A DNA stretch of 63,164 nt, counting the filler, from Candidatus Fermentibacterota bacterium (GTDB lineage: Bacteria > JAFGKV01): NCBI GenBank assembly GCA_016928395.1. It is 7 parts of 7 records of this genome, joined end to end, with 100 filler letters (N's around TTAATTAATTAA, not from the genome) between each part and the next. Parts side by side here need not be neighbours in the genome. Positions count along the whole stretch, not along the records: positions 23,818 to 42,440 come from JAFGKV010000145.1; positions 42,541 to 47,988 come from JAFGKV010000147.1; positions 48,089 to 63,164 come from JAFGKV010000148.1; 4 more parts are not named here. One strand, 5' to 3'. The notes below the pieces were generated by a model. It was not told where the DNA came from. It worked only from the letters and a program-made list of their open reading frames with translations, and did no database searches. The first letter of the stretch is position 1. The number at the start of each line of letters is the position of its first letter. Shown one piece after another: positions 37,218-48,535 of the stretch. The translations under genes were made by a program, and so were the position numbers.

Positions 37218-38849
37218 ATGAGCCGGCTCGCTTCGATTCTACTTCCGCTCGCGTTTCTGCTGCAGTCTGCAGAGTCGCAGAAACCCATGAGCGTGATCCA
37301 CACGCTGTCATCTCTGGAGCAGCCTGATTATTCCTTCGGTCGGTCGGTCGCGTTCATCGGCGACGTGAGCGGCGACGGTGTCGCCGACATCCTGATCGGG
37401 GATTCCGGGTTCAGGGCATGCGTCTTCTCAGGCAAGACCGGCGCGTTGCTGCGCACATTAGGATCGCCTTCCGAAGAGGTTGGCGACTTCGGCTTCTCAG
37501 TGGCTGGGCTCGCTGATGTAACCGGCGACAACGTCTCAGATCTCATTGTCGGCGCCCCGGCAGAGGACTCTGGAGCATCTGCCGCTGATGCGGGCAGATC
37601 CTACGTGTTCTGCGGGGTGACGGGGACTGTTGCACAGACTCTCATCTCTCCACACGAGGAGGAGTCGGGGCGTTTCGGCCACGCGGTGGCAGGGGTTGAC
37701 GATGTTGACGGCGACGGCATCGACGACCTGATCGTGGGAGCTCCATACGAGAATCCTGGAACATCGCCACCGGACGCGGGGCGTGTCTACGTCTTCAGCG
37801 GGGCGACCGGCATGGTGATACGTGAGCTTGTGTCGCCCGGCGAGATCTACGGTCAGGCAGGCGGGCATTTCGGTGCGTCGGTCTGCGGCGCTGGGGATCT
37901 GGATGGCGATGGCACTCCCGACGTCGTGGTTGGGGCACCCGGCGAGCACCCACCTTCGGGCGAGCTCGGGCCAGGTCGAGTGTATGCCTTTAGCGGCGCG
38001 ATAGGGCTACCCCTGTGGACAGGAGCCTCCCTCGACCTCGAAGACGGCGGCGGGTTTGGGTTGTCGATTTCGATGGTGGGAGACATCGATGGCAATGGCA
38101 TTTCCGAGTGCCTGGTGGGCGCTCCCTTTGAGGACGATGACTGGTTCATCTTCAACTGCGGGCGCGCCTACATCCTGAGCGGCGCTGCCGGGACGGCGGT
38201 TCGCATTGTGCAGCCGCCCTATGGAGAGCGGGACGGGCAGTTTGGTTTCAGCGTCTCGTGCGCAGGGGATATTGATGGGGACGGGTGTTCCGACTACATC
38301 GTGGGCGCGCTGCTGGAGGGACTATCGCCAGAGGGCGAAGACTGGATCGGCCGTGCCCATGTGTTCAGTGGTGCTTCCGGAGAGGCGGTGTGGTCGCTCG
38401 ACTCCCCCAATCCATGGTACGGCGGGAGTTTCGGCATTGCCGTGGCAGGAGGCTTCGATGTGACCGGCGACGGGGTGCCTGAAGTCATCGTGGGCGCCCC
38501 TGGTGAGAACCCTGCACGTGCCTACGTGTACGGTCCCGAGATGGTGCTCAACGGACAGGTCGAGGGGGGAGCGCTGGCTCTCTCGTGGACCCCTGTGGTC
38601 GGTGCATTCCAGTATTGGGTCTATGGGGCGGAAAACGCTGCCTACTGCCTGCCCGGCATGGCTCCGGGCTACGAAGACCGCCTGGTGGTCCTCCCTCCTA
38701 GCACTGAGTCGTGGAGTAGCTCTCACGGAATCGGCGACCCGAACAGCAACTGGGCTTACGTGATACTGGCGGTCAGCTCAACCGAGTCGGAGCTCTGCCG
38801 TTCCGGCCGCGCGGGAGAACACGACTTCGACGTCGGCTATCTTCCATAA
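37218..38849 (+). CDS. Secreted integrin-alpha/FG-GAP beta-propeller protein with C-terminal SxxAGEHD domain
   Basis: AGGAGG RBS and signal peptide. Seven FG..V...D..GDG..D..VGAP-type repeats. Confidence 0.9.
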   Translation: MSRLASILLPLAFLLQSAESQKPMSVIHTLSSLEQPDYSFGRSVAFIGDVSGDGVADILIGDSGFRACVFSGKTGALLRTLGSPSEEVGDFGFSVAGLADVTGDNVSDLIVGAPAEDSGASAADAGRSYVFCGVTGTVAQTLISPHEEESGRFGHAVAGVDDVDGDGIDDLIVGAPYENPGTSPPDAGRVYVFSGATGMVIRELVSPGEIYGQAGGHFGASVCGAGDLDGDGTPDVVVGAPGEHPPSGELGPGRVYAFSGAIGLPLWTGASLDLEDGGGFGLSISMVGDIDGNGISECLVGAPFEDDDWFIFNCGRAYILSGAAGTAVRIVQPPYGERDGQFGFSVSCAGDIDGDGCSDYIVGALLEGLSPEGEDWIGRAHVFSGASGEAVWSLDSPNPWYGGSFGIAVAGGFDVTGDGVPEVIVGAPGENPARAYVYGPEMVLNGQVEGGALALSWTPVVGAFQYWVYGAENAAYCLPGMAPGYEDRLVVLPPSTESWSSSHGIGDPNSNWAYVILAVSSTESELCRSGRAGEHDFDVGYLP

Positions 38850-38869
38850 CATCTCCGCATCGCGAAATG

Positions 38870-38900
38870 CACGGGGGCGGGCCCGGAGGCCCGCCCCGTG
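38870..38900. terminator. GC-rich hairpin between convergent genes
   Basis: CACGGGGGCGGGCC-CGGA-GGCCCGCCCCGTG. No clear U tract. Confidence 0.45.
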
Positions 38901-38916
38901 AGGCACCAATCGGATT

Positions 38917-41900
38917 CTACTCAGCAGCGACAATGGTGAGCATCGCGCCCGTGGAGTAGGCGTTGAACTCCGGGGCGTACATGGATTGCACCGTGGCGGG
39001 TGAGACCTTGAAGGTCCCCGCCATGTTGGCCCGCAGCCGGTACTTGAACGTGTACTCACCCACGGGCACGCGCTCGAAGAAGAAGTTGTTCCCCGAGTCG
39101 CGCACCTCCTCGTACCAGCCGATGCCAAGATCCCATTTGAACCGCGACACCGCGTTTTCAGGCTCGAGCCCGGCAGCCCGGGGATCGCGCAGGTGTACAT
39201 ACTCGGCCTCGTGCTTTGACCGCAGCGAGATCTGCACCTCGATCTGATCACCGACCGCGATCTTTGTGCCCTCCGCCAAAGGCTTGAGCACGAATCCACT
39301 GCCCGTGCTCTCCCGCCGGAAGTAACGCCTGGAGACCTGGAAGAAGTCGCCACGCTCCGCGTCGGGCAGTTTCTCGGTGGAGAAGTGCCAGGTTGCCGAG
39401 GCAAACGCGAATCCTTTTGCCTCCTTTTCCACTACGACGGTGGCGGTCTCGGGGCCCACCTTGTCACCAGGGATTACGATCTGATTCTTCTTGCCGGTGT
39501 ATTCGTCGGGCTCGAACGTGAAGGTCACCGTCTGGTTGCCGACGGTGACCGTGGCATCTTCGCGAATCCCCAGTGCTCCCTCGGCTTTCAGATAGTGGAT
39601 TAGCGAGTAGATTACCTCGGCCGTGGCCTTGGTCGACTTCCACTGGTTCAGCTTCTTGTTCAGCAGAAGCCACTGCACCAGCCCGTCGCGGTGGGGATCC
39701 TGCGGCCGCAACTCCGTGAGAGTTCGCAGGGCGAAGGCATGGGTTTCAATTGTGTCGTTGTACCACAGCCACGACCGGTCTTCCTGGGCCCAGAAGGTGC
39801 CCTGGTCGTCGGTGCGCTTCGCCGAGTCCATGACGCTGTCCCACACGAGCTGGGCATCGTCGAGACGGCCCGCCCGCTTGAGCGTGAGGGTTAAGTAGCC
39901 CTTGAGATAGGGCGAGTGCTCCCGCCAGTGCTTGAAGGAGAACGCGAGGATCTCCTCCCGCTCCTCGGGCGTGAGCATGTCGCCCGTCCACGAGGGATCG
40001 GGGTAGCAGGTCGCTACATAGTTCAACAGGGTCAGGAACTCCCAGCAGCAGTCCTTGTCCATCATGACCCGCAGCTCATCCCGGAAATACCGTGCCAGGT
40101 AGGACCAGCCGCGTCGCACCATATCCTTCGGCACATCCACGCCGAACTCCAACCCCTTGGCGAAGCCGTGCATGATGTACAGGGTCATGTAGGGCGACGG
40201 GGGGCCGCCCGGCCACCACGGGAAGGCGCCCAACGAGGTTTGCGCCTTGCGCAGCTTGGCCAAGGCTACGTCGCGTTCCGCCTTGGCAACGCGGGAGTCC
40301 AACACATTGGTCAGGCCATGGCCGCTGTCCCTCCCGCCCTGGGCCTGCTGCAACCATGGGCTCTCCTCCAGAAGCATCGTGCGGTTGGGATCCGCCTCGT
40401 CAAAGGTCTCCAGCCTGGTCTGGCGCGCGGCGAACTCGGCAGCCATGCTCTGGATTGCCGGATACTGGTCGTACAGGCTGGACACGATGCCCGTGGAGAG
40501 GAACCGGTTCAGGGTTTGCTCTGTGCACTCATAGGGATAGTTCACCAGGTAGGGCAATGCCTGGAGCACCGTGAAGAACAACTGGGCATCCACGGTGACC
40601 ACCATCTGGTCGTTCACCAAAGTTGGGTCGCCGCCGTGTGCCAGATCCTCGAAAGTCATAACCTTGCGATCCTTGTTGCGCAAGGTCACGAAGCGTGACT
40701 GCACCAGATGCATGCGCCCGGGTAGCACGGGCAATGGCCGCAGTTCGCCGTCGCTCAGATCGCCAGAGCGAGCCATAACCTTGAACGCCGCCGTACCGAC
40801 CTTCTTGGGCGCTGCGACCGTGAACGAGACACTGGTCCCACCCCCAGGCGAGACATTGAACGGTTGGCGCGCGTGGTCCTGCGACAACCCAAAAGCCTCC
40901 AAGAGGCTCTCATGTGTGTCAGGGTCGATGATATCCAAAGTGACGTCGCCCTGCATCGGCGCGTCCGAGGCATTGTTCACCACGACCTTGATCTCGGCCC
41001 GATCGCCTTCGCGCAGGAACCGAGGCACATAGGGGCGGACCATAAGATCCTTCACGGTCTTGGCTTCCACCGTCCGCGCTCCGGAACGAAGATCGCGGGT
41101 CACGGCGTGGATCCAGACATTCCATGCGGTCACGGCATCGGGCACCGTGAACTGGATGGAGGTGCTGCCATCGCGATCGGTGATGAGGTGCGGTTCCCAG
41201 AAGGCCGTTTCCGCGAAGTCGCTCCGCAAGGCCTCCTCGGCCGGCGCCTCTGAAGCTGCCGGGGCTTCGGCGGGCTTCTCCGCGTCGGCAACCTCTTCCC
41301 GCCCACCGACATTGCTCTGGGCACTCAGCACGTCCGCAGAACCCTCGGCCTCCATTGCCATCGGCGCGGGGGGTACGGCCGAGCGCATCACTGATCCTGA
41401 CTTGAAGTGCATGTGATCCATGCGGCCTCCCGGGCCTCCGATCCCATAGCTGTCGTAGGCCTTCAGGCGGTCGACGCTGGGAACAGGATAGCCCAAGGGT
41501 TCACTGAAGTAGGCATGCTCGAAGATCTCGCCGTCCACGCTCCCCAGGCTAATTCTGTAGGCGGGGGCGCCCGCGCGGGTCGGGTACAAGAACCGGGGAT
41601 TTGGCGGCGAATGGGGGGCGAAGATATCCAGGCTGCGATCGTACATGTAGGCGAGAATCTCCGCGGCATTGGCCTCCAGGGGTGAATCGTCGGGGCCTTT
41701 GACCGTCACCTTCCACTCCTCGTGGGATCCCGGGGTCAGCTTGTCGCGGAACGTGGAGAAACTCACCGCGAGATCCTTGTTGTCCCACGGGACGTAGATC
41801 GCCTGGGAGAACTGCATGATCTGATGGTCCGCCACGGTCATGACCGTGAGGCCGAATCCCCCGCGGTCGTCTTCGCCCACGGGGATATCGATGATGGTCG

Positions 41901-42440
41901 AGTCTCGACCCGCGGTGAGCACGCGGCGATGGGCGAGGGCGCCGCCCTTATAGATATCCACGTACAGGGGCGCGCCCTGGACCCCCGAGAACACCAGCAC
42001 GCGGGCGGTGCCGCCCACCGGAACGAAACCCTTCTCCACTTTTGCCACCAGAGGCAAGGGCAAGACGGTTGTGGGGCCGGCAACCATGAACTCCCGGGAG
42101 GTTTCGTAGATTGCCCCGAAATCATCCTTTGTTTCGTAGGTAATCCGGTAAGCGCCGGGCGGCAGCTCATCCAGCTGCACGGGGGCCGAGCCGGTGTCAT
42201 TGTGGATCGTGACGCCATGGGATCGCTCGGGACCGTTCTTCCAGGTTCGCAATGTCCGCTCCGGGGAGTAGCTTCGATCCCATCGGGGGCGAAGGCTGTC
42301 TCCCGGGGTGTGATACGCATCGGCCGGATCTCCCGGGGCGCCCACCATCTCGAGCTCGTCCGCCGGGAGCAAGGCACGGGCCGGCTGCTCCAACGCGTAC
42401 AGCCTCCAGGCGCCGTTGCCCGCACGGCCGGCGCCGTCGA
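38917..42440 (-). CDS. Bacterial alpha-2-macroglobulin family protein, 5'-truncated
   Basis: LRSDFAETAFW.P.L, FTVPDAVTAW, PRFLREGD, YPYECTEQ and terminal MYAPEF motifs. Confidence 0.92.
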
Positions 42441-42540
42441 NNNNNNNNNNNNNNNNNNNNNNNNNNNNNNNNNNNNNNNNNNNNTTAATTAATTAANNNN
42501 NNNNNNNNNNNNNNNNNNNNNNNNNNNNNNNNNNNNNNNN
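42441..42540. other. Artificial contig linker
   Basis: N44-TTAATTAATTAA-N44. Confidence 0.98.
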
Positions 42541-42577
42541 GCTTGATGGTCGCCCACTTCGAATGTCCCGACATCGT

Positions 42578-44638
42578 CTACTCCTCCAAGGCCGCCTTTG
42601 CGTCTGCGATAACCCGCTCGGAGATTTCACCCGGCACTTCTTCGTAGTGGCTGAAGCTTCTCGAGTGCATCGCGCGCCCCTGAGTCAGAGAACGGAGTTG
42701 AGTGGAATAGCGATCCAATTCGGCCATGGGCACCGCTGCCCGGACGGTCTGATACCCGGCCCTACTCTCCACGCCCTGGATCTTGCCGCGTCGGGAGCTG
42801 AGATCACCCATCACATCTCCCAAGAACTCCTCAGGAACAACCACGTCCACCATGTAGATCGGCTCCAGCAACACGGGCCGGCACTGTTCCATTGCCTTCT
42901 TGAACCCCATGGATGCCGCGATCTTGAATGCCATGTCAGAGGAGTCTACATCATGGTACGAACCGTCGAACAGGGATACGCGGGCATCCACGACAGGATA
43001 CCCCGCCAGCACGCCGGCGTTCATCGCCTCACGAATCCCCTTCTCGACCGCCGGGATGTATTTCCCGGGGACCACCCCTCCAACGATGGCATCGACAAAC
43101 TCGAATCCGCTGCTGCGGGGCAGAGGTTCAACGCGGAGCCAGACATCACCGTACTGGCCTCTGCCTCCGGTCTGTTTCTTGTACTTCCCTTGGACCTCGG
43201 CCTTTCCTTTGATGGTTTCCCGGTAAGGTATCTTCGGGCGAGACTGGTCAACCTGAACCCCGAACCGGCTCTTGAGCCGCTTGACCATCAGGTCGATGTG
43301 GAGTTCTCCCATGCCCCAGATCACTGTCTGTTTCAGCTCGGGATCGATGACCACCCGAAGGGTTGGATCCTCTTCCATGAGCCTGGCGAGGCCCGAGGAG
43401 ATCTTGTCTTCATCACCCTTGCTCTTGGCCTTGATGGCAGAGGCGATAACCGGTTCGGGGAAGTCTATCTTCGGCAGCACCAGCGTGTGGCGTTTGCCGC
43501 ATAGTGTGTGGCCCGTGTCCGTGCCCTTCAGCTTGACCAATCCTCCCATGTCACCTACGACTGCCTTCTGCACATCTTCCCGTTCCTTGCCGCGCACTGC
43601 CTGGATCTGGTTTATCCGCTCGGACGATCCCGTGACGGCATTCGTGACCTCGGTACCGGCCTCCAGTTCACCGGAATAGACGCGGAACAGAAGCACCTCA
43701 CCCAAATGCCGCTCGTAGAGTTTCTTGAACACGAACAGCGCCAAGGGTCCCGCGGGATCAGGGTCGAGCAACATCTCCTCTTGGCCCTTCAGGGCTTTCA
43801 CCGGTCCACGTTCCGTGGGATTCGGCAGGAAAGAGGCTGCTGCGTCCAAGAGCTTCAGGGCCCCGGTCTCATCATCAGCACAGGTCACCAACAGGGGGAA
43901 GATCTCGCCCCGAACGGTGGCGATGCGCAGACCTTCCCGCAGCCGATCATCCGGAAGAGTTCCTTCCTCCAGGTACAGTTCCAGGAGCCCCTCGTCGGTC
44001 TCGGCGACGCTCTCCATGAGCTTCGAACGGTACTCGGCCACTTCATCGGCCATCTCCGCCGGCACGGGCCCTTTGCTTCCATCGCGAAACACCGCTTCAT
44101 TGCCCAAGATGTCCACGATTCCCCGGAAGTTGCCCGCGAGGCCGATGGGGAGAGAGATGGCCACGACACCCGGACCGAAGCTCTTGGCGGCAGCCTCCAG
44201 GAGGGCCTCGAATTCGGCGTGATCTTTGTCCGGCTTGTTCACGACGAACAAGGCCGGCAGCCCGGACTTCCGCGCTTCATCCCACACCCGCTGGGTGCCA
44301 ACCGCAACTCCCCCAGTGGCGTCCAGAACGACCAGCACGCTGTCCGCAACGCGCAGCGCGCCCACGACCTCACCCACAAAATCGAGGTAGCCGGGGGTGT
44401 CCAGAAGGTTGATCTTGCAGCCGGCATGCTCCACGTAGGCCAAGCCGGTGGAGATGGTCATCCTGCGTTCGATCTCATCCGGATCGCTGTCGAGGATCGA
44501 AGTGCCCTGATCCACGCTCCCTCGTCTGCCTACCGCCTTGGCGGCGTGAAGTAAGGCTTCAGCGAGACTGGTCTTGCCGCACCCGCCATGGCCGATGACC
44601 GCGATGTTCCTGATGTCACTGGGCTGGTATTCCTTCAC
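42578..44638 (-). CDS. fusA: Elongation factor G, EF-G2-type paralogue
   Basis: IRNIAVIGHGGCGKT, DTPGYLDF, NKPD, GMGELH, KKQTGGRGQYG and DGSYHDVDSS motifs. GAGGAG RBS with GTG start. Confidence 0.93.
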   Translation of the reverse strand: MKEYQPSDIRNIAVIGHGGCGKTSLAEALLHAAKAVGRRGSVDQGTSILDSDPDEIERRMTISTGLAYVEHAGCKINLLDTPGYLDFVGEVVGALRVADSVLVVLDATGGVAVGTQRVWDEARKSGLPALFVVNKPDKDHAEFEALLEAAAKSFGPGVVAISLPIGLAGNFRGIVDILGNEAVFRDGSKGPVPAEMADEVAEYRSKLMESVAETDEGLLELYLEEGTLPDDRLREGLRIATVRGEIFPLLVTCADDETGALKLLDAAASFLPNPTERGPVKALKGQEEMLLDPDPAGPLALFVFKKLYERHLGEVLLFRVYSGELEAGTEVTNAVTGSSERINQIQAVRGKEREDVQKAVVGDMGGLVKLKGTDTGHTLCGKRHTLVLPKIDFPEPVIASAIKAKSKGDEDKISSGLARLMEEDPTLRVVIDPELKQTVIWGMGELHIDLMVKRLKSRFGVQVDQSRPKIPYRETIKGKAEVQGKYKKQTGGRGQYGDVWLRVEPLPRSSGFEFVDAIVGGVVPGKYIPAVEKGIREAMNAGVLAGYPVVDARVSLFDGSYHDVDSSDMAFKIAASMGFKKAMEQCRPVLLEPIYMVDVVVPEEFLGDVMGDLSSRRGKIQGVESRAGYQTVRAAVPMAELDRYSTQLRSLTQGRAMHSRSFSHYEEVPGEISERVIADAKAALEE

Positions 44639-45026
44639 TCCTCATACTCCTCTCTGGAAGCCGCGCTTTCACCGCCCCACCGGGGCGCTGTGACCACTCC
44701 TGGAACGGCAGGTTGGGCCACACTGTTGGGGTCTATCATGATTGTGCCAGAGACCATAGTCTTGTCGAGTACAGGACAATCCAGAATAATACTCTCCTAC
44801 GCGTCACGTCGTCAAGCAGCGACTGATGGGTCGCAGCGGCAGGATTCGCGGGAGGATTGGGGAGAGATGAGACCGCTCGCCTCGCTCTTATTGCCGTGCC
44901 GTACGCATTGAACCCGAGTACTTCGTGCACACCTCCCGTCCGCTTGACCCGGTGGAGCAGTACCGGTTTCTTGACTGACATCGTTCTCAGGGGCCTATCC
45001 GTACAGCCGGCCCAATGGAGGATTCC

Positions 45027-47045
45027 ATGCCCGGGTTCAGAATCAGACCTCCGTTCATCGGACTACTGGGCATCCTGCTTTCCGCTTCGTCTCTTGATGG
45101 GCAGCCCTGGGAGCAAGACGACCTTCTCTTCAATCCCAGCGGTGTTCCCTCTCTTGCGTTTTCCCAGCCACGTTTCGCCGATCTGGATGCTGACGGGGAT
45201 TTTGATTTGATTCTCGGCAGTATCGATGAAGCACCACTCTATTTCATCAACGACGGAAGCGCCACCAGCCCGTCTTTTCACCTGGAGCCGGAGGTTTTCT
45301 GGCCCGTTTCAGCCCTCGATGCCGAAGTCGGCGTGTGCGCGGATCTCGATAGCGACCTTGACCTTGATTTTGTCAGCGGTGGTTTCTCCGGGCTGAATCT
45401 CTTTGAGAACATCGGTGACGTTTCCCAACCCTCATTTCACAAGGTCGACGGTTTCTTCCAAGGGATGACGGTGGGCTACAATCCCGTACCGACGTGCGGC
45501 GATATTGATGGCGACGGCGACCACGACCTGCTTGTCGGTCTCAGCGAGGATGGTCGTCTGAAGTTCTATGTCAATACGGGCACGCCTGATTCGGCCGTCT
45601 TCTCCGAACTCCAATCCCAGATGTGGTTTGACGTCGGGCTGTACGCATACCCCTGGTTCGCCGATCTGGATACCGATGATGATCTCGATCTGCTAGTGGG
45701 TCGAGATGGGACGGGGTTTTTCTACTATCGCAATGTGGGCGACGTAACTGCATGGCAGTGGCAACCCGACAATGCAGTGTTCTCAGGGCTGGCACACACC
45801 ACATACTGGAACTCGCCATGTCTGGTCGATCTCTCGGGCGACGGTAACAAGGACCTCGTCTATGGCACGGCGGCCGGGCCTCTGAACTACTACATCAATA
45901 CCGGTAGCCCCTCAGCTCCCACGTGGACGGTGGAAAGCGGCCCTTTCGGCGGGGTGATCGACGTAGGAGGCGCCAGTTCGCCGTTTCTGTTTGATTTCGA
46001 TGGTGATGGTGATCTGGATCTGGTGAGTGGCACCCAACTGGGGAATATCAAGTACTACCAAAATACCGGTTCCGCCCAGACGCCGGCCTGGGAGCCCGAC
46101 CATGCTCGTTTCAGCGCCATCGATCACTCCATCTACTCGGCGATATGCCTTGGCGACGCCGATGGGGATTCACTGCCCGATGCCGTGGTCGGCGACATGA
46201 ATGGCCAGCTCTTCTTTCACAGAAACACGGGCACAAGCTTTGTCTTTGACGAGTCCGTCCTCGCGGGTATCGATGTGGGCTACACATCGGTGCCGCGACT
46301 GACCGACATGGATGCCGACGGAGATCTCGATCTCGTGGCAGGGAATGAGGCAGGCAATCTGTTCTACTTCCGAAACACGGGCGATGCCGAATGGCCCGAA
46401 TGGACTCTGGCGCCGGGCTTTTTCGGCGGGATCGACGTGGGGAGCTACTGTTCTCTCACCATGGGCGACCTGGATGGCGATGGCGATAGGGATCTTGTGA
46501 CGGGCAACATCTCTCACGAAATCCAGTTCTTCAGGAATGTCGCGGGTATGTGGATTGAGGATCCAACCGTCGTGGCCGGGATCTTTGCGGGACAGAATGC
46601 GGCGCCCGCGTTTGGCGATTTGGATGAGGATGGCGACCTGGATCTCACCATCGGCAACTATGAAGGCACGTTCAACTACTACCAGAACATGATTTCCGTG
46701 GATTCGACCCCACCCGAGGCCGTGTCGGACCTCACGGTTGCTTTGGCAGGGAGTTTGTTCGCGCTTCAATGGTCGGCGGTGACGGCCGACACGGCCGGTG
46801 CGCCGGAGACGGTAGATCGCTATGTCGTGTATCGAGGTGACTGGGCTTATTTCGTGCCCACGGCCGCGGAATCGCTGGGCGCCACCTCCGGCACCAGCTA
46901 TGCCGACAGTAGCTCGTTCAGCCCATCGGTGAACGTGTCGTATCTTGTGAAAGCCCTTGACGCCAACGGCAACTGGTCGGCCGAATCAAACAGGGTGGGC
47001 GAGTTCGATCTGGAGCTGTTGTCAGCCAAGGGCGCGGCTCGGTAG
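45027..47045 (+). CDS. Secreted FG-GAP/VCBS repeat protein with C-terminal SNRVGEFD domain
   Basis: GGAGG RBS and signal peptide. About ten DxDxDGDxDL repeats. Confidence 0.9.
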   Translation: MPGFRIRPPFIGLLGILLSASSLDGQPWEQDDLLFNPSGVPSLAFSQPRFADLDADGDFDLILGSIDEAPLYFINDGSATSPSFHLEPEVFWPVSALDAEVGVCADLDSDLDLDFVSGGFSGLNLFENIGDVSQPSFHKVDGFFQGMTVGYNPVPTCGDIDGDGDHDLLVGLSEDGRLKFYVNTGTPDSAVFSELQSQMWFDVGLYAYPWFADLDTDDDLDLLVGRDGTGFFYYRNVGDVTAWQWQPDNAVFSGLAHTTYWNSPCLVDLSGDGNKDLVYGTAAGPLNYYINTGSPSAPTWTVESGPFGGVIDVGGASSPFLFDFDGDGDLDLVSGTQLGNIKYYQNTGSAQTPAWEPDHARFSAIDHSIYSAICLGDADGDSLPDAVVGDMNGQLFFHRNTGTSFVFDESVLAGIDVGYTSVPRLTDMDADGDLDLVAGNEAGNLFYFRNTGDAEWPEWTLAPGFFGGIDVGSYCSLTMGDLDGDGDRDLVTGNISHEIQFFRNVAGMWIEDPTVVAGIFAGQNAAPAFGDLDEDGDLDLTIGNYEGTFNYYQNMISVDSTPPEAVSDLTVALAGSLFALQWSAVTADTAGAPETVDRYVVYRGDWAYFVPTAAESLGATSGTSYADSSSFSPSVNVSYLVKALDANGNWSAESNRVGEFDLELLSAKGAAR

Positions 47046-47193
47046 AGCCGCGATCACACTTCGAAAGAGCCCCCCCCTTCCCGGGGCGCGCGCTGCACTT
47101 TCCTGCGGGTTCCAAAGAGTCAGGGCTTTCCCCTTCTCTCAGGCGGGGTCTCCTGCGTGCCGGAAAGGCACGCAGGAGACAAACGCGTTTCCT

Positions 47194-47988
47194 CTACTTG
47201 ATGGGCAGTTCGCCGTGAGGGCGAGCCGCGCCGCCCTCGTAGACCCGTTGAGTTCCGAAATCCATCGGGGCGAATCGGTTCACATCGGTGATTGATACGC
47301 TACGGTTCGCGGCGACCGCGAAGTCAAACACATGCCAGTACTCGCCGACAGTACCACCGGCCCGGGAGGCATCGTAGGTCCTGTGTTGGCCCGCGATATC
47401 GAGGTCGACCAGCGCCGGGGACTGGGCAATGGTGCCTGATCCTGAGTACAGATGCACGAAGTATGAGTAGGTGCCCTCATACAGCCCGAAACCCGAGATG
47501 ATCTCCGGCCCGAACGAGGATGTATCATCGGTGTCCAATGCGGTATAGGGGTGCTCCGTGAGGGATCCCATGCTGTAGTAAGCGATATGGTAGAGATCCC
47601 AGTTGGGATCCCATGTCATGGGGATGAAGAGGTGGGAGTCGAGATCCGAGGGATTCTCGCCCCAGCGCAACGCTACGGAGAAGGCAGGCTCTCGCAACAC
47701 CAGCGGCGCGCCAAGCTGCACCGGGCAGTTCTGGCCGATGTCAACCCTGACAGGTTCACTGGCATAGCTGCCCTTGATCGCCCGGATCTCCACGGTGGAG
47801 TTCTTCAGTGCGCGAACGATGAAATGCCCCGAAGCATCGGTGAAGGCCTCGTCAAGGTAGGTTACGGTGACGCCCTGGCTCAGCACCCGGGCGTCGCTGA
47901 CGGGAAGCCCCTGATCGCTGACTACGTTGCCCTCAACAGTGCAGACATCGTCGAGGGGGAAATCCCAGTTCCACGTGCTCAGGTGGGA
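47194..47988 (-). CDS. Extracellular protein with a YfaP/DUF2135-like C-terminal domain, 5'-truncated
   Basis: VALRWGENPSDLDSHL...LDTDDTSSFGPEII...GTYSYFVH motif, preceded by a prealbumin-like TD..G.F segment. Confidence 0.7.
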   Translation of the reverse strand, partial: SHLSTWNWDFPLDDVCTVEGNVVSDQGLPVSDARVLSQGVTVTYLDEAFTDASGHFIVRALKNSTVEIRAIKGSYASEPVRVDIGQNCPVQLGAPLVLREPAFSVALRWGENPSDLDSHLFIPMTWDPNWDLYHIAYYSMGSLTEHPYTALDTDDTSSFGPEIISGFGLYEGTYSYFVHLYSGSGTIAQSPALVDLDIAGQHRTYDASRAGGTVGEYWHVFDFAVAANRSVSITDVNRFAPMDFGTQRVYEGGAARPHGELPIK

Positions 47989-48088
47989 NNNNNNNNNNNN
48001 NNNNNNNNNNNNNNNNNNNNNNNNNNNNNNNNTTAATTAATTAANNNNNNNNNNNNNNNNNNNNNNNNNNNNNNNNNNNNNNNNNNNN
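47989..48088. other. Artificial contig linker
   Basis: N44-TTAATTAATTAA-N44. Confidence 0.98.
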
Positions 48089-48203
48089 ACTCCCCACCCC
48101 GTCTCGCAAACGCGGAACATCCGCTGCAACGAACCTTCGATCGTCGGGATAACAGCGAAGCGTGCGATCGATCAACTCGTGAAACAGCCGCTTCACGCTC
48201 TCG

Positions 48204-48460
48204 TGCTTGGCCACCGTGGTCTTTCCGCGATCGGCGGAGGTCTCGGGTCTGTCTCTCGTAATCACCGCGTACATCTTGGATGCGAAGCCGAAGGGAGAGG
48301 TAGTATGGCGACGGCAGTAACCCCAGGGATTGAGGATATGGTCACGAAGTGCACTGCCATGGTCTCCGATGTGCTCAGATTGCCGGTGCGAAGCGTATGG
48401 CTAGACTATGACGAAGAGGCGGATGTTCTCTCCATGAGCTTCCGCAGGCCGCAGCGAGCT
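48204..48460 (+). pseudogene. Remnant of a DUF4258-like / DUF2283 two-gene module
   Basis: 3' fragment ...LVITAYILDAKPKGEVVWRRQ* (stop at 48318-48320) overlaps ATG 48305 of MATAVT...WLDYDEEADVLSMSFRRPQRA, after which DUF2283 similarity stops. Confidence 0.6.
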
Positions 48461-48511
48461 GAGCGATCACGAATGATTCCCCGTGCCCAGGTCCTGTGGA
48501 CTGGCTCATGC

Positions 48512-48535
48512 CACTATTCTAAATCGAGAATAGTG
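48512..48535. promoter_or_regulatory. Palindromic site CACTATTCT-N6-AGAATAGTG, copy 2
   Basis: Perfect 9-bp arms, matching 36342-36363. Confidence 0.45.

Noticed and set aside
47194-47988. YfaP-like gene as part of an A2M (yfa-type) operon with 38917-42440
   Set aside because: The two genes are on different contigs, so linkage cannot be inferred.
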